The notes below the pieces were generated by a model. It had not been told where the DNA came from and ran no database searches. It worked only from the letters and a program-made list of their open reading frames with translations. The translations under genes and the position numbers were made by a program. Positions 43,326 through 54,632 of a stretch of 64,000 bases of DNA are shown here, piece after piece; the stretch's first letter is position 1; each line of letters begins with the position of its first letter. Origin of the DNA: an uncultured Pseudomonadota bacterium (GTDB taxonomy: Bacteria; Pseudomonadota; Alphaproteobacteria; JACZXZ01); contig CAVVLJ010000021.1 of NCBI GenBank assembly GCA_963749075.1, positions 416,001-480,000 of the forward strand. The letters are read 5' to 3'.

Positions 43326-43426
43326 ACCCCCCACCCCAGCCCTCCCCCTCAAGGGGGGAGGGGGCAGGCCGAGACGGCGGCACTAGCTTTCCCTCCCCCC
43401 TTGAGGGGGAGGGTAGGGAGGGGGGT
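43326..43426. repeat. REP-like doublet, family A
   Basis: ACCCCCCACCCCAGCCCTCCCCCTCAAGGGGGGAGGG..CCCTCCCCCCTTGAGGGGGAGGGTAGGGAGGGGGGT between convergent genes. Confidence 0.88.
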
Positions 43427-43454
43427 GCGCGCGGGGCGTCAACGATTCTGAGCG

Positions 43455-44924
43455 TTACTCCCCGATCACCTTGACGAGCGTGCCGGGCGCGAGCGGAGCA
43501 CCGGGGGCGAGGGCGTTCAAGGTCTCGAAGCGCTCGAGGCGGTGGTCGAGGTAGGGGAGGGTAGCGGCGATGCTGGCCGCCGTCTCGCCGCGCGCCACCC
43601 GATGCACGTGGAGCCTGAGCGCCCGGATACCCGCAGCCTCGCGCGGTGCCAACAGGCGCAAGCTCGCGGTCATGCGGCGGAACTCGGGTCTCAGCGCCGC
43701 GGTCTCCTCCGGCGGCGTCAGCATGATGAAGCGGTAGATCTCGCTTCCGCTCTTGCGGAAGGCGGCGAGCGCCAGATCGCGCGGCCCCTCCTTGAGCGTG
43801 GTGTGCCCCGTGGCCGCGGCACCGGCGAGCCCGTGGGCGCTCGCCGCCTCGATGTCGTCGAGCGCGAGATCGGGCGCCCAGGAGTTGCGGATGTAGTCGC
43901 GCATGTCGCCCGCGAAGGGCAGCTTCCCCATGTCGAAGAAGATGACCGCACCCCCCGGCTGGCGCAGGATCAGGCGCCCCTGGCCGCGGAAGAGGGCGAA
44001 GCCAGGCGGCACCTCGAAGCCGTAGAGCAGGCGCTTCTGCATGAAGCTGCGGCCGCTGAGGATGCCGTCCTCGGGATCGTCGCCGTAGACGAGGCGCTCG
44101 AGCATCTCGAGGTATTCGGCGGCACCCACGACCGGCGTCGCCACGAGGGCGGCTTCGCTGCCGGCGAGTGCCAGGGCGTGCTCGACCCGCTCGGGCGTCG
44201 AGGGGTGGGTTGCGAGGAAGCCCGTCGGCGGCAACGGTGCGCCGGCGAGCGTCGCTTGCAGCTTCTCGTAGCCGTCGAGCGCCTCGAGCATGCGCGCCAT
44301 CGCCATGGTATCGTAGCCGGCGCGGCGCAGGTAGCGGATGCCGAGCTCGTCGGCCTGGCGCTCCTCGTCCCGGCTGTGGGCGGCGAGGAAGGGCTCGATG
44401 CCTTCCCCCGCGGCCTCCGAAACGTCCTGGCTCGAGGTGAGGAGGCCGATCGCCGCGGCGCCGACGTTGCCCATCTTGGCCTCGCTGTAGCGCTGCGCCG
44501 CGTGCCGCGCATTGATATGGCCGAGCTCGTGGCCGAGCACGGCGGCGAGCTCGGCCTCGCTGTTGGCGAGTGCCAGGAGGCCGCGCGTCACGAAGACGTA
44601 GCCGCCGGGCAGCGAGAAGGCGTTGACCGTCGGGCTGTTGAGCACGGTGAAGCTGTAGCGCACGTCCGTGCGCTCGGTGTGTGCTGCGAGCCGCTCGCCG
44701 ATGCGCCGCACGTAGCCCGCGAGGCGCTGATCGGGATAGGCGCCGCCGAAGGCGGCCAGCACCTTGGGCTCCTCCTCGGCGCCGACGCGCACCTCGTCGG
44801 CGGGCGACATGAAGGCGGTGAAGCTCGGCTGGCCGGTCGCCGGGTTCCTGGTGCAGCCGGCAAGCATGCTCACGAGTGCGAGGGCGCCCAGGACGAGCGA
44901 GGCTGTGCGGCGGCAGTGCCTCAT
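43455..44924 (-). CDS. M48-family metalloprotease lipoprotein with C-terminal LysM-like region
   Basis: LAGC lipobox, NAFSLPGG, HELGH, ERQAD, THP. Confidence 0.9.
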   Translation of the reverse strand: MRHCRRTASLVLGALALVSMLAGCTRNPATGQPSFTAFMSPADEVRVGAEEEPKVLAAFGGAYPDQRLAGYVRRIGERLAAHTERTDVRYSFTVLNSPTVNAFSLPGGYVFVTRGLLALANSEAELAAVLGHELGHINARHAAQRYSEAKMGNVGAAAIGLLTSSQDVSEAAGEGIEPFLAAHSRDEERQADELGIRYLRRAGYDTMAMARMLEALDGYEKLQATLAGAPLPPTGFLATHPSTPERVEHALALAGSEAALVATPVVGAAEYLEMLERLVYGDDPEDGILSGRSFMQKRLLYGFEVPPGFALFRGQGRLILRQPGGAVIFFDMGKLPFAGDMRDYIRNSWAPDLALDDIEAASAHGLAGAAATGHTTLKEGPRDLALAAFRKSGSEIYRFIMLTPPEETAALRPEFRRMTASLRLLAPREAAGIRALRLHVHRVARGETAASIAATLPYLDHRLERFETLNALAPGAPLAPGTLVKVIGE

Positions 44925-45739
44925 GGCTGAAGCAGCTCGATCTGCTCGGGATGGTCGACCTCGATGATCGGCCCGTTCCACCAGCGCAGGAAGCCGCGTA
45001 CGCGCAGGCGCTTGCCGGCAAAGGCGTCGGGTGCCAGGCCCGCCGCCGCGAAGAGGTGCCGGCTCTCAGGCAGGAGCACCGCCGTGAAGCCGTCCCTTCC
45101 GTCGGCTCCCATGTGGAGGAACGTCCGGCTGCCCGCGTGCGAGACGCGCCCAACGCTGCCCTCGACGAGCTCGAAGCTCTCGAGGTGGCGGCGCGCCTCC
45201 TGAGGCGCCAGCACGGCGAAGCTGCGCACGGCCCAGAGGCCGCGGCGCGCCGCGCGCGCCTCCTCTTCGCGCGCCAGCATCTCGGGCACGAGGGTGCGAT
45301 CGTCCTTGTGGGAGAGCACGCGGGCCATCCCGCGCGCGAGCAACTCGCCCTCGAGCCAGAGCCCGTCGTCGCGGTGGAGCTGGGCCACGAGGCGGCCGTA
45401 GCGGTCGCTCTTGTGCACGCCATAGGCGAGGCGCACCGTGCGGCCGAGCGCCAGCTCCGCAAGGGCCGCCGTGGCGCGCTCGGCGAGCGGCCAATGGCGG
45501 CCGGGCGCCGCATCGAGCGGCGGCTTGGGTGCGAGGATGCCGGCCAAGCGCACCTCGCGCCCGTCCGCGAGCTTGAGCGTGTCGCCGTCGATGACGGCCT
45601 TGACCCGCCCGTCCTCCTCGGCCGCCTCGCCGGCCGCAGCAGGGGGGCCGCCGCGTGCGAGAATGAATGCCGCGAGGAGGGCGGCGCTCAGCAGCGGACG
45701 ATGGCGAAATCGCCCGCGTTCCCGGCTTTGCAGCACCAT
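44921..45739 (-). CDS. Thermonuclease (SNase)-family protein
   Basis: VIDGDTL, VRLAGI.AP, DRYGRL, GMARV, ARAARRGLW. Confidence 0.88.
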   Translation of the reverse strand: MVLQSRERGRFRHRPLLSAALLAAFILARGGPPAAAGEAAEEDGRVKAVIDGDTLKLADGREVRLAGILAPKPPLDAAPGRHWPLAERATAALAELALGRTVRLAYGVHKSDRYGRLVAQLHRDDGLWLEGELLARGMARVLSHKDDRTLVPEMLAREEEARAARRGLWAVRSFAVLAPQEARRHLESFELVEGSVGRVSHAGSRTFLHMGADGRDGFTAVLLPESRHLFAAAGLAPDAFAGKRLRVRGFLRWWNGPIIEVDHPEQIELLQP

Positions 45740-45814
45740 GGCCGCATCGTACACTCGCGCACGCCGTGTGCCCAGAAGACGGTGACGGCGGCGGGGATGA
45801 AGGCGGAGAGGCTG

Positions 45815-46768
45815 ATGGCGAACTTGCGCGAACTCTACCCCGAGGTGCAGCCGCACGAGAGCGGCATGCTCGGGCTCGACGACATCCACACCATGTATTG
45901 GGAGGTCTCGGGCAATCCGCGGGGCGCATCCGTGATCTTCCTCCACGGCGGCCCGGGGGCCGGCACCACGGCGACCCACCGCCGCTTCTTCGACCCCGCG
46001 CATTACCGCATCGTGCTGTTCGACCAGCGCGGCGCCGGGCGCTCGCTGCCGCTCGGCGACATCCGCGAGAACACGACGCCTCACCTCATCCGCGACATCG
46101 AGCGCCTGCGCGCCCATCTCGGCATCGAGCGCTGGCTCGTCTTCGGCGGCTCGTGGGGCTCGACCCTGGCGCTCGCCTATGCCGAGGCCCATGCCGAGCG
46201 CTGCACCGGCCTCGTGCTGCGCGGCATCTTCCTCTGCCGCCGCAGCGAGATCGACTGGTTCCTCTACGACATCCGCAACGTCTTTCCCGAGGCCTGGCGC
46301 GCCTTCGCCGAGTACCTGCCGCGCGACGAGCGCGACGACATCCTCGTCAACTATCACAAGCGGCTCATGCACCCGGATCCGGCCGTGCACATGCCGGCGG
46401 CGCGGCGCTGGAGCGTCTTCGAGGGCTCCTGCTCCACCCTCTTGCCGAGCCCGGAGACGGTCGCCGCCTTCGGCGACGACCGCATGGCGCTCGGCCTCGC
46501 GCGCATGGAGGCCCATTACTTCATCAACAACATCTTCCTGCCCGATAATGCGCTGCTCGACAACCTCGACCGCATCCGCCACCTGCCGGCGGCCATCGTG
46601 CAGGGGCGCTACGACGTGGTCTGCCCGATCGTCACCGCGGACGAGCTGCACCGCGCCTGGCCGGAGGCGAGCTTTGCCGTGGTCCCCGACGCCGGCCATT
46701 CCGCCATGGAGCCCGGCATCCGCTCGGCCCTCGTGGAGGCGACCGACCGTTTCCGCGCGCTGGGCTAG
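45815..46768 (+). CDS. pip: Proline iminopeptidase
   Basis: LHGGPG, FDQRGAGRS, FGGSWGSTL, GRYDVVCP, AGHS. Confidence 0.94.
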   Translation: MANLRELYPEVQPHESGMLGLDDIHTMYWEVSGNPRGASVIFLHGGPGAGTTATHRRFFDPAHYRIVLFDQRGAGRSLPLGDIRENTTPHLIRDIERLRAHLGIERWLVFGGSWGSTLALAYAEAHAERCTGLVLRGIFLCRRSEIDWFLYDIRNVFPEAWRAFAEYLPRDERDDILVNYHKRLMHPDPAVHMPAARRWSVFEGSCSTLLPSPETVAAFGDDRMALGLARMEAHYFINNIFLPDNALLDNLDRIRHLPAAIVQGRYDVVCPIVTADELHRAWPEASFAVVPDAGHSAMEPGIRSALVEATDRFRALG

Positions 46769-46850
46769 CCCCGCTCCAGCCCTGCCTTGCCAAGTGCTGT
46801 GAAACCCGTATCATGGCGCGTCGCTGGCGAGGCCTTGCAAGGAGGATTTC

Positions 46851-47357
46851 GTGCGCCGATTCGCTCTGCCGCTCAGCCTGCTGGCGCTTTGTCTCTTGGC
46901 CCGCCCCGCGCTCGCCGACGATCCGGCTTTCCTCGACCTGCAGCTCGGCACCTTCGACGTCCGCCACGCCCACACCCCTATCGCGGACCTCGAATACCGC
47001 TCCGACTACAAGCTGTGGGTCTTGAAGCCGATGGGCGGTTTCTTCGTGACCAGCCGCGGCGCCACCTACGTCTACGGCGGCTTCGCCGTCGACCTCTTCT
47101 TCGGCAACCGCATCGTGGTGACGCCGAGCGAGGCGGTCGGCGCCTACAACCACGGCAACGACGCGAACCTGGGGGCGATCCCCGAGTTCCGCTCCTCCAT
47201 CGCCGTCGCCTACCGCTTCGACGACCGCTCGCGCCTCGGCGTCATGTTCCACCACATCTCGAATGCCGGCCTCGGCAAGTCGAACCCCGGCTCGGAGACC
47301 GCCCTCGTCAGCTACTCCTACCCGCTCGACAAGCTGGGCTCGCTGTTCGGGAATTAG
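46851..47357 (+). CDS. Acyloxyacyl hydrolase / lipid A 3-O-deacylase (PagL-like)
   Basis: Signal peptide; EFRS..HISNAGL...NPG.E. Confidence 0.82.
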   Translation: MRRFALPLSLLALCLLARPALADDPAFLDLQLGTFDVRHAHTPIADLEYRSDYKLWVLKPMGGFFVTSRGATYVYGGFAVDLFFGNRIVVTPSEAVGAYNHGNDANLGAIPEFRSSIAVAYRFDDRSRLGVMFHHISNAGLGKSNPGSETALVSYSYPLDKLGSLFGN

Positions 47358-47370
47358 GCCGGCTGCCGCC

Positions 47371-48699
47371 TCAGTCGGCGAGGAGCGAGCGGTAGCTCTC
47401 GAGGAAGTCGGCGAAGGCCTCTGAGAAGCCGTCGAACTCCTTCTCCCCGTGCATGATCGAGAGGCTCATGAAGCCGCGGCGCGCGAGGTAATAGCCGCGC
47501 GCCAGCATCTCGAGATGGAAGAGCGCGCGCATCGCGGCCGGCGTCGCCTCGGCGTCCTCGGGCCGCGCGATGGGGGTGCGCTGGAAATGCACGGCGAGGA
47601 TCGAGCCGACCCCCGTCACCAGGACCGGAAGGCCCGCGGCACGGCCGATCCCGTTGAGCCGCTCGCGCAAGGCATCGCCCGCGGCATTGAGGCGCTCCGC
47701 CTCGGCCGGCGTATAGACGCTGGAGAGGCCGGCGACGCCGGCCGCCATGGTCAGCACGTTGTTGTTGAAGGTGCCGGCATGGCCAACGTAGCCGGGCTTG
47801 TGGGGATCGTAGATCGCCATGAGCTCAGCCTTGCCGCCGAAGGCGCCGAAGCTGAGCCCGCCGCCCACGTATTTTCCGAAGGAGGTGAGGTCAGGCGTGA
47901 TGGCGAGCTTCTGCTGCAGGCCGCCCGAGGAGAGGCGCGAGGTCATCACCTCGTCGAAGATGAGCACGATGCCGTGGCGCGTCGCCGCCTCGCGCAGGTC
48001 GGCGAGAAAGCGGCGGCTGGCGGCGATGGCACCGCCCGAGCCCATCATGGGCTCGACGATGATGGCGGCGAGCTCGTGCGCATGGCGCTCGATGAGCGCC
48101 AGCGTGGTGGCACTGTCGTTGTAGCGCCCGTAGATCACCGGGAAGGGGACGTTGACCGGCGAGCCGCCGTGGCTGAAGGTGAGCACGCCGCCGTGATAGG
48201 CGCCCTCGAAGACGAGGATGTGGCTGCGCTTTGTCACGGCGCGGGCGGTCGCCAGCGCCATCAGGTTGCCCTCGGTGCCCGAGTTGGTGAAGCGCACGCG
48301 CTCGCAGGAGGGGAAGCGCGCGCAGACGAGCCGCGCGAGCTCGGCCTCGTAGCGGTTGGGGCCGCCGAGCCCGATGCCGTCCGCGAGCGCCGCCCGCACG
48401 GCGGCGAGGATCGCCGGATGGGAATGGCCGTAGAGCCCGGCCGTGAATTCGCCCAGGTAGTCGACGTAAACGTGGCCGTCGAGGTCCTCGACGCGGCAGC
48501 CCTCGCCCTTGACGAGGGTCACGGGGAAGGGCGTGTAGAAGAGCACCGTGCGCGTGTTGCCGCCGGGCATGACGGCCTCCGCCTCGCTCTGGCGGCCGGC
48601 ACTCTCGGGGTTGGCCGCGACGAAACTCTCCTCCGCCTCGGCGAGTGCGGCCTCGAGGCTGAGATTGGCGCGGGCTTTGGCGGGTGCCAGGTCGCTCAC
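47371..48699 (-). CDS. Class III aminotransferase (GSA-aminomutase-like)
   Basis: MPGGNTR, FTNSGTE, LIFDEVMTSR, FGKYVGGG, HAGTFNNN. Confidence 0.9.
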   Translation of the reverse strand: MSDLAPAKARANLSLEAALAEAEESFVAANPESAGRQSEAEAVMPGGNTRTVLFYTPFPVTLVKGEGCRVEDLDGHVYVDYLGEFTAGLYGHSHPAILAAVRAALADGIGLGGPNRYEAELARLVCARFPSCERVRFTNSGTEGNLMALATARAVTKRSHILVFEGAYHGGVLTFSHGGSPVNVPFPVIYGRYNDSATTLALIERHAHELAAIIVEPMMGSGGAIAASRRFLADLREAATRHGIVLIFDEVMTSRLSSGGLQQKLAITPDLTSFGKYVGGGLSFGAFGGKAELMAIYDPHKPGYVGHAGTFNNNVLTMAAGVAGLSSVYTPAEAERLNAAGDALRERLNGIGRAAGLPVLVTGVGSILAVHFQRTPIARPEDAEATPAAMRALFHLEMLARGYYLARRGFMSLSIMHGEKEFDGFSEAFADFLESYRSLLAD

Positions 48700-48816
48700 G
48701 GCGCTCCTCCCTGCATGGCGGCCTTATCTACCATGCTTCCGGCCGCTTCGCGACAGGGCCGTGTTTCGTGAATTCCCGCAAACAGAGAAGAGGTTTCTTG
48801 CTCTCCTCCATCGGCA

Positions 48817-48990
48817 TTCCCCCTCTCCTCCTTCAGGAGGAGAGGGTCGGGGTGAGGAGGTGCCAGCACCGCGCACAGTTTCGGCGCAAAGCGCGCGCAT
48901 CATGGGTACGATGGTGATGACAGGTCACGCCGCGCTTCGACCGCAGACCTCCTCACCCTAACCCTCTCCTCCTGAAGGAGGAGAGGGGAA
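48817..48990. repeat. Family A arms in the same orientation as around DUF559, enclosing about 85 bp
   Basis: CCCTCTCCTCCTTCAGGAGGAGAGGGTCGGGGTGAGGAGGT..ACCTCCTCACCCTAACCCTCTCCTCCTGAAGGAGGAGAGGG. Confidence 0.85.
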
Positions 48991-49008
48991 AGGCGGAGAG
49001 GGAGGGGC

Positions 49009-49708
<700 letters not shown>

Positions 49709-49716
<8 letters not shown>

Positions 49717-51730
49717 GGACCACCTTGCGGCCGAGATAGGCCTCGAGCACCTCCGGCCGCGCGTGGACCTGTGCCGCGGTGCCCTCGGCGATCTTCTCGC
49801 CGTGGTCGAGCACGACGATCTTGTCCGCGAGGTCGTTCACCACGTTGAGCTTGTGCTCGATGAGGAAGACGGTGAGCCCCATCTTGCGCAGGTTCTTGAT
49901 CTGCTGGGCGAGCTCGATCGTCTCAACCGGGTTCATGCCGGCGGTCGGCTCGTCGAGCAGCAGGATCCTGGGCCGCGAGGCAAGCGCGCGGGCGATCTCG
50001 AGCCGGCGCCGGTTGGCGTAGGAGAGCTCCTTCGCCACCTGATTGAGGCGCGGGAGCAGGCGGTTGCCGAAGATGCTCAGTATCTCGATCGCGTACTCGC
50101 GCGTCTCGCGCTCCTCGGCGAGCATGCCGCGGGTGCGCAGCACGGCGCCGACCGCACCCGTCATCGAGCGCGAATGCTGGCCGACGAGGATGTTCTCCAT
50201 CACCGTCATGTTGTTGAAGAGACGGAGGTTCTGGAAGGTGCGCGCGATGCCGCGCTCGACGATGGCATGGGACGGCAGCCCGGTGATGTCCTCGCCCAGG
50301 AGGAGGACCTTGCCGGCATCGGGCGGGTTCATGCCGGTGATGACGTTGAAGAGCGTGGTCTTGCCGGAGCCGTTCGGGCCGATGAGGGCGACGATGCTGT
50401 TGGGCTCGACGCGCAGGTCCACCTCCTTGACCGCGGTGATGCCGCCGAAGGTCTTGAGCAGCTTCTGCGCCTCGAGCATGGCGACGCCTGGCTTGGGCTC
50501 GGAGGCGGCGACCGTGCGCAGCTGCACGTCGATGGTGCCGCGGGTGGGCAGCGCCGTCTGCTGCTCGAGCGTCAAGGCCTCGGTCGACCGCGTCGCCGGG
50601 ATCAGCCCCTGGCGCCGGAACAGCATCATGAGGACGAGGACGACCCCGAAGATGAGCTCGATCGACTGCACGAAGTCGACATGCTGCAGCCACTCGACAT
50701 CGACCGCGCGGCCGAGCACGTGGGTCCATACCGTGAGGTCCTGGAGGAACCACGACTGCAGGAGCTGGAGGAGCACCGCCGCGAGCACCACGCCGTAGAC
50801 GCTCCCCATGCCGCCCAGCACGACCATCACCAGCACCATGACCGAGACGGGGAACATGAACATGTCGGGCGTCGCGGTCTGCAGCTTGGCCACGTAGAAG
50901 GCGCCGGTGGCGCCCGCGAAGCCGGCGCCGGTGGCGAAGGCGAGGAGCTTGAGCTTGACCCGGTTGACCCCCATGGCGCCCGCCGCGATCTCGTCCTCGC
51001 GGATGGCCATCCAGGCGCGCCCGACGCGCGAGTCCTTGAGCCTCAGGCTCACGAAGATGAGAAAGGCGATGAGGGCGACCCCGAGATAGTAGTAGGGCAC
51101 CGATTGCACGCCGAAGGAATAGCCGAAGAGCATCGGCGGCTGCACGCCGTTCAGCCCCATGGCGCCGTTGGTGAGCGTCGGCCAGTTGCGCACCACGATC
51201 GGCACGATCTCGCCGAAGCCGAGCGTCACGATGGCGAGATAGTCGCCGCGCAGGCGCAGCGTGGGCGTCCCGAAGAGCACGCCGAAGAAGGCAGCGACGA
51301 AGGCGGCGAGCGGCATGGCGATCCAGAACGAGAGGGCGAAATGGACGACGTTCTCGCCGTTCGCTTGGTAATGCACGACCATGCCGAGCCACTGGAAGGG
51401 CTCCCAGAAGCTCGACCACTCGGGTTGCAGCTGCCACGACGAGGTGATGCCGTAGAAATAGGCGCCGATCGCGAAGAAGGCGGCGTAGCCGAGGTCGAGC
51501 AGGCCGGCCAGGCCGACGACGATGTTGAGGCCGAGCGCCAGCACGGCAAAGGCGGTGGCGTTGGCCGCCGCGTCGATGTCGCCATCATTGCGGTCGATGA
51601 GGGGAAAGACGAGCACCAGCAGCGTCACCGCGGCGAGAATGGCACGGCGCCGCTGATCGGCGGAGAGGCGCCGCAGCGGCGCCGCGAGGGCTTCGCCAAG
51701 ACCCCAGGTCCGCGGTGAGGGTATTGCCAT
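49709..51730 (-). CDS. Fused LivM permease / LivG ATPase
   Basis: GLNIVVGLAGLLDLGYAAFF and LRGDYLAIVTLGFGE, then GPNGSGKTT and LLDEPTAG in one frame. Confidence 0.9.
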
Positions 51731-51738
51731 CCGGAGCC

Positions 51739-52668
<930 letters not shown>

Positions 52669-52712
52669 CCGACGCTACCAGCCGTCTGGTCCGCTCTCGC
52701 CGCCGCCACCCG

Positions 52713-53975
52713 TCAGCTCGCGGGGGCCTGCGGTGCTACGCCGATGTACTTGTACTGGTGGATGATGTCGTCGTCCTTATACTTCGGATCGTGCCTGATC
52801 TGGAAGACGCTGACCACCCGGCTGTTGATGTCGCCGTTCTGGTCGAACGAGATCTCGCCTTGGAGGGTCTTGACCTTGGAGGCCTGGATCGCGTCGCGGA
52901 CGTTGGCGTGGGTCATCGGCTTGCCGCTTTCCGCCACGTGCTTGATGGCGTCGAGCACCACGGTCGCGGCGTCATAGGCCGTGATCGCGTAGTCGTCGGG
53001 CTGCGTGCCGTACTTCTTGGCGAAGCGCTCCACCCAGCTCTGGACCGCGGGATCCTCGGTCACGTGCGGCGAGGCTTGCGTCGCGTAGAGACCCTCCGCC
53101 GCCGGGAAGCCGACGGCCTTGAGATACTCGGGACCGAAGACCCCGTCACCGCCGGCCCGGATCATCTTCGGCATCACGTCGTAGGACTGCTTGACGAACT
53201 TGACCCCGGCACCCGCGACGCCGCCGTAGTAGATGGCGTCCGGGTTCAGCGCCTTGATCTTGGTCAGCACCGTCGTGTAGTCCGCCTCCTTCGGGTTGAG
53301 CTGGTCGTGGCCCAGCACCTTGATGCCGATCTTCTTCGCCTGCCCCTCGAAGGCGTTGGCGATGCCGACCCCGTAGGCGCCCGAATCGTCCAGGATGTAG
53401 ATCGTCTTCACATGCAGCGCGTCGCGCATGTAGTTGGCCATGTTGGGGCCCTGGAAGGCGTCCGTCGTCACCGTGCGGAAATAGACCGCCTTGCCGGCCG
53501 GCCGGAACTGACCGGCGAACTTCGGGTCGGTGATGTCCGGGTTGGTCGAGGACGGCGTCACCGTCGCCAGGTCGGCGGCGGAGAGGATCGGCGACATCGC
53601 CTTGCCCGAGCCGCTCATCTCCGGCCCCACGATCGCCACGACCTTCGGATCGGAGGCGAACTTCTTGGCATTCGTCGCGGCCTGGGCCGGATCGTACTGC
53701 CCCGCCGTCGCCGTGCCGTTGTCGAGCGTCATCATGTCGATCTTGTAGCCCGCCACGCCGCCCTTGGCATTGGCCTCGTCGATCGCCATCTCGGCGCCGT
53801 ACTTGATGCGCGTCGCACCCTCCGCGTCGGCACCCGTGAGCGGCAGTGCGATGCCGATGGTGAGGCTCTTCTCCGCCGCTTGCGAGGGAACCGACCCCCC
53901 AAGCGCCGCCATGGCCGCAAACAGGCCGGCACTGACTGCACTCGTCACGAGTGCGCGACGTCGAATGTTTATCAT
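52713..53975 (-). CDS. Branched-chain amino acid ABC substrate-binding protein
   Basis: Signal with RRR; LPLTG..G, TNPDIT, FRTVTTDAFQG, YGVGIA, AYDA. Confidence 0.9.
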   Translation of the reverse strand: MINIRRRALVTSAVSAGLFAAMAALGGSVPSQAAEKSLTIGIALPLTGADAEGATRIKYGAEMAIDEANAKGGVAGYKIDMMTLDNGTATAGQYDPAQAATNAKKFASDPKVVAIVGPEMSGSGKAMSPILSAADLATVTPSSTNPDITDPKFAGQFRPAGKAVYFRTVTTDAFQGPNMANYMRDALHVKTIYILDDSGAYGVGIANAFEGQAKKIGIKVLGHDQLNPKEADYTTVLTKIKALNPDAIYYGGVAGAGVKFVKQSYDVMPKMIRAGGDGVFGPEYLKAVGFPAAEGLYATQASPHVTEDPAVQSWVERFAKKYGTQPDDYAITAYDAATVVLDAIKHVAESGKPMTHANVRDAIQASKVKTLQGEISFDQNGDINSRVVSVFQIRHDPKYKDDDIIHQYKYIGVAPQAPAS

Positions 53976-54439
53976 GATGCTACCTCCCAGGACTGAGAAA
54001 CGCCCCCTCCCGTTATGCACGCATTTTCTACGCCACACATTGGGGCAATGCGGTGGGCACGATATTGACCGGGAGTCCGAAGAGAGTCCAGACGGCATTT
54101 CCCGCCCCCGCAGCGGAAGAACGCCGCCCCCGGCCGCCGCCGCCGCGGCGCCGGCCTTGCGCGCCATGCCATCCCGCTTGCCTCCTCGTGCCGCTCGCCT
54201 GTTGTGCCCGCCAGCCTCAGGGCAAATCCCATGCCATTCCCGTTCTGCCCTCTAAGCTCTTATCATGGCTGGCGAATCGAGCGTAGGCGGCAGGCGGGCC
54301 GCGGGGTCCTGTGCCGCCATTATTTGGGCATCTTCGCTGTGGCTCTGCCCATAAAGCGTCCCGCCGGCGCCGCCGGAGGCTTCCTGCCGCCGCCGCCGCC
54401 ATGCTAGAAATCCCGGTATTGACGCGAGGGCCGCGGCAC

Positions 54440-54478
54440 GTCCCCGTAGCTCAGCAGGATAGAGCGACAAATTCCTAA
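54440..54478 (+). tRNA. 5' half only of tRNA-Arg(CCT), broken in the anticodon loop; probable att junction
   Basis: GTCCCCG-TA-GCTC-AGCAGGATA-GAGC-G-ACAAA-TT-CCT-AA; the expected TTTGT, T-arm and acceptor 3' strand are absent; integrase gene begins about 145 bp downstream. Confidence 0.85.
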
Positions 54479-54599
54479 ACTTTTTTAAGCCATTTTCATG
54501 GCTGAACATAGTGTCGCAAAAATCTGTTTTCTCCTTGTTTTTTATGACGTTAATGTGATCATATGAGCGCATAGCAAATCACCTCTACGCGCCCTGCGT

Positions 54600-54632
54600 G
54601 AGAGCCTATAGAGAGCCTAAAGAGTGCCTCAG
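54600..54632 (+). repeat. Three 11-bp-period direct repeats, candidate integrase arm sites
   Basis: GAGAGCCTATA / GAGAGCCTAAA / GAGTGCCTCAG overlapping the integrase start. Confidence 0.55.

Noticed and set aside
54477-54620. Intact group I intron in tRNA-Arg(CCT)
   Set aside because: No P1 guide pairing with the exon, no recognisable catalytic core and no 3' exon; the sequence runs into the integrase gene
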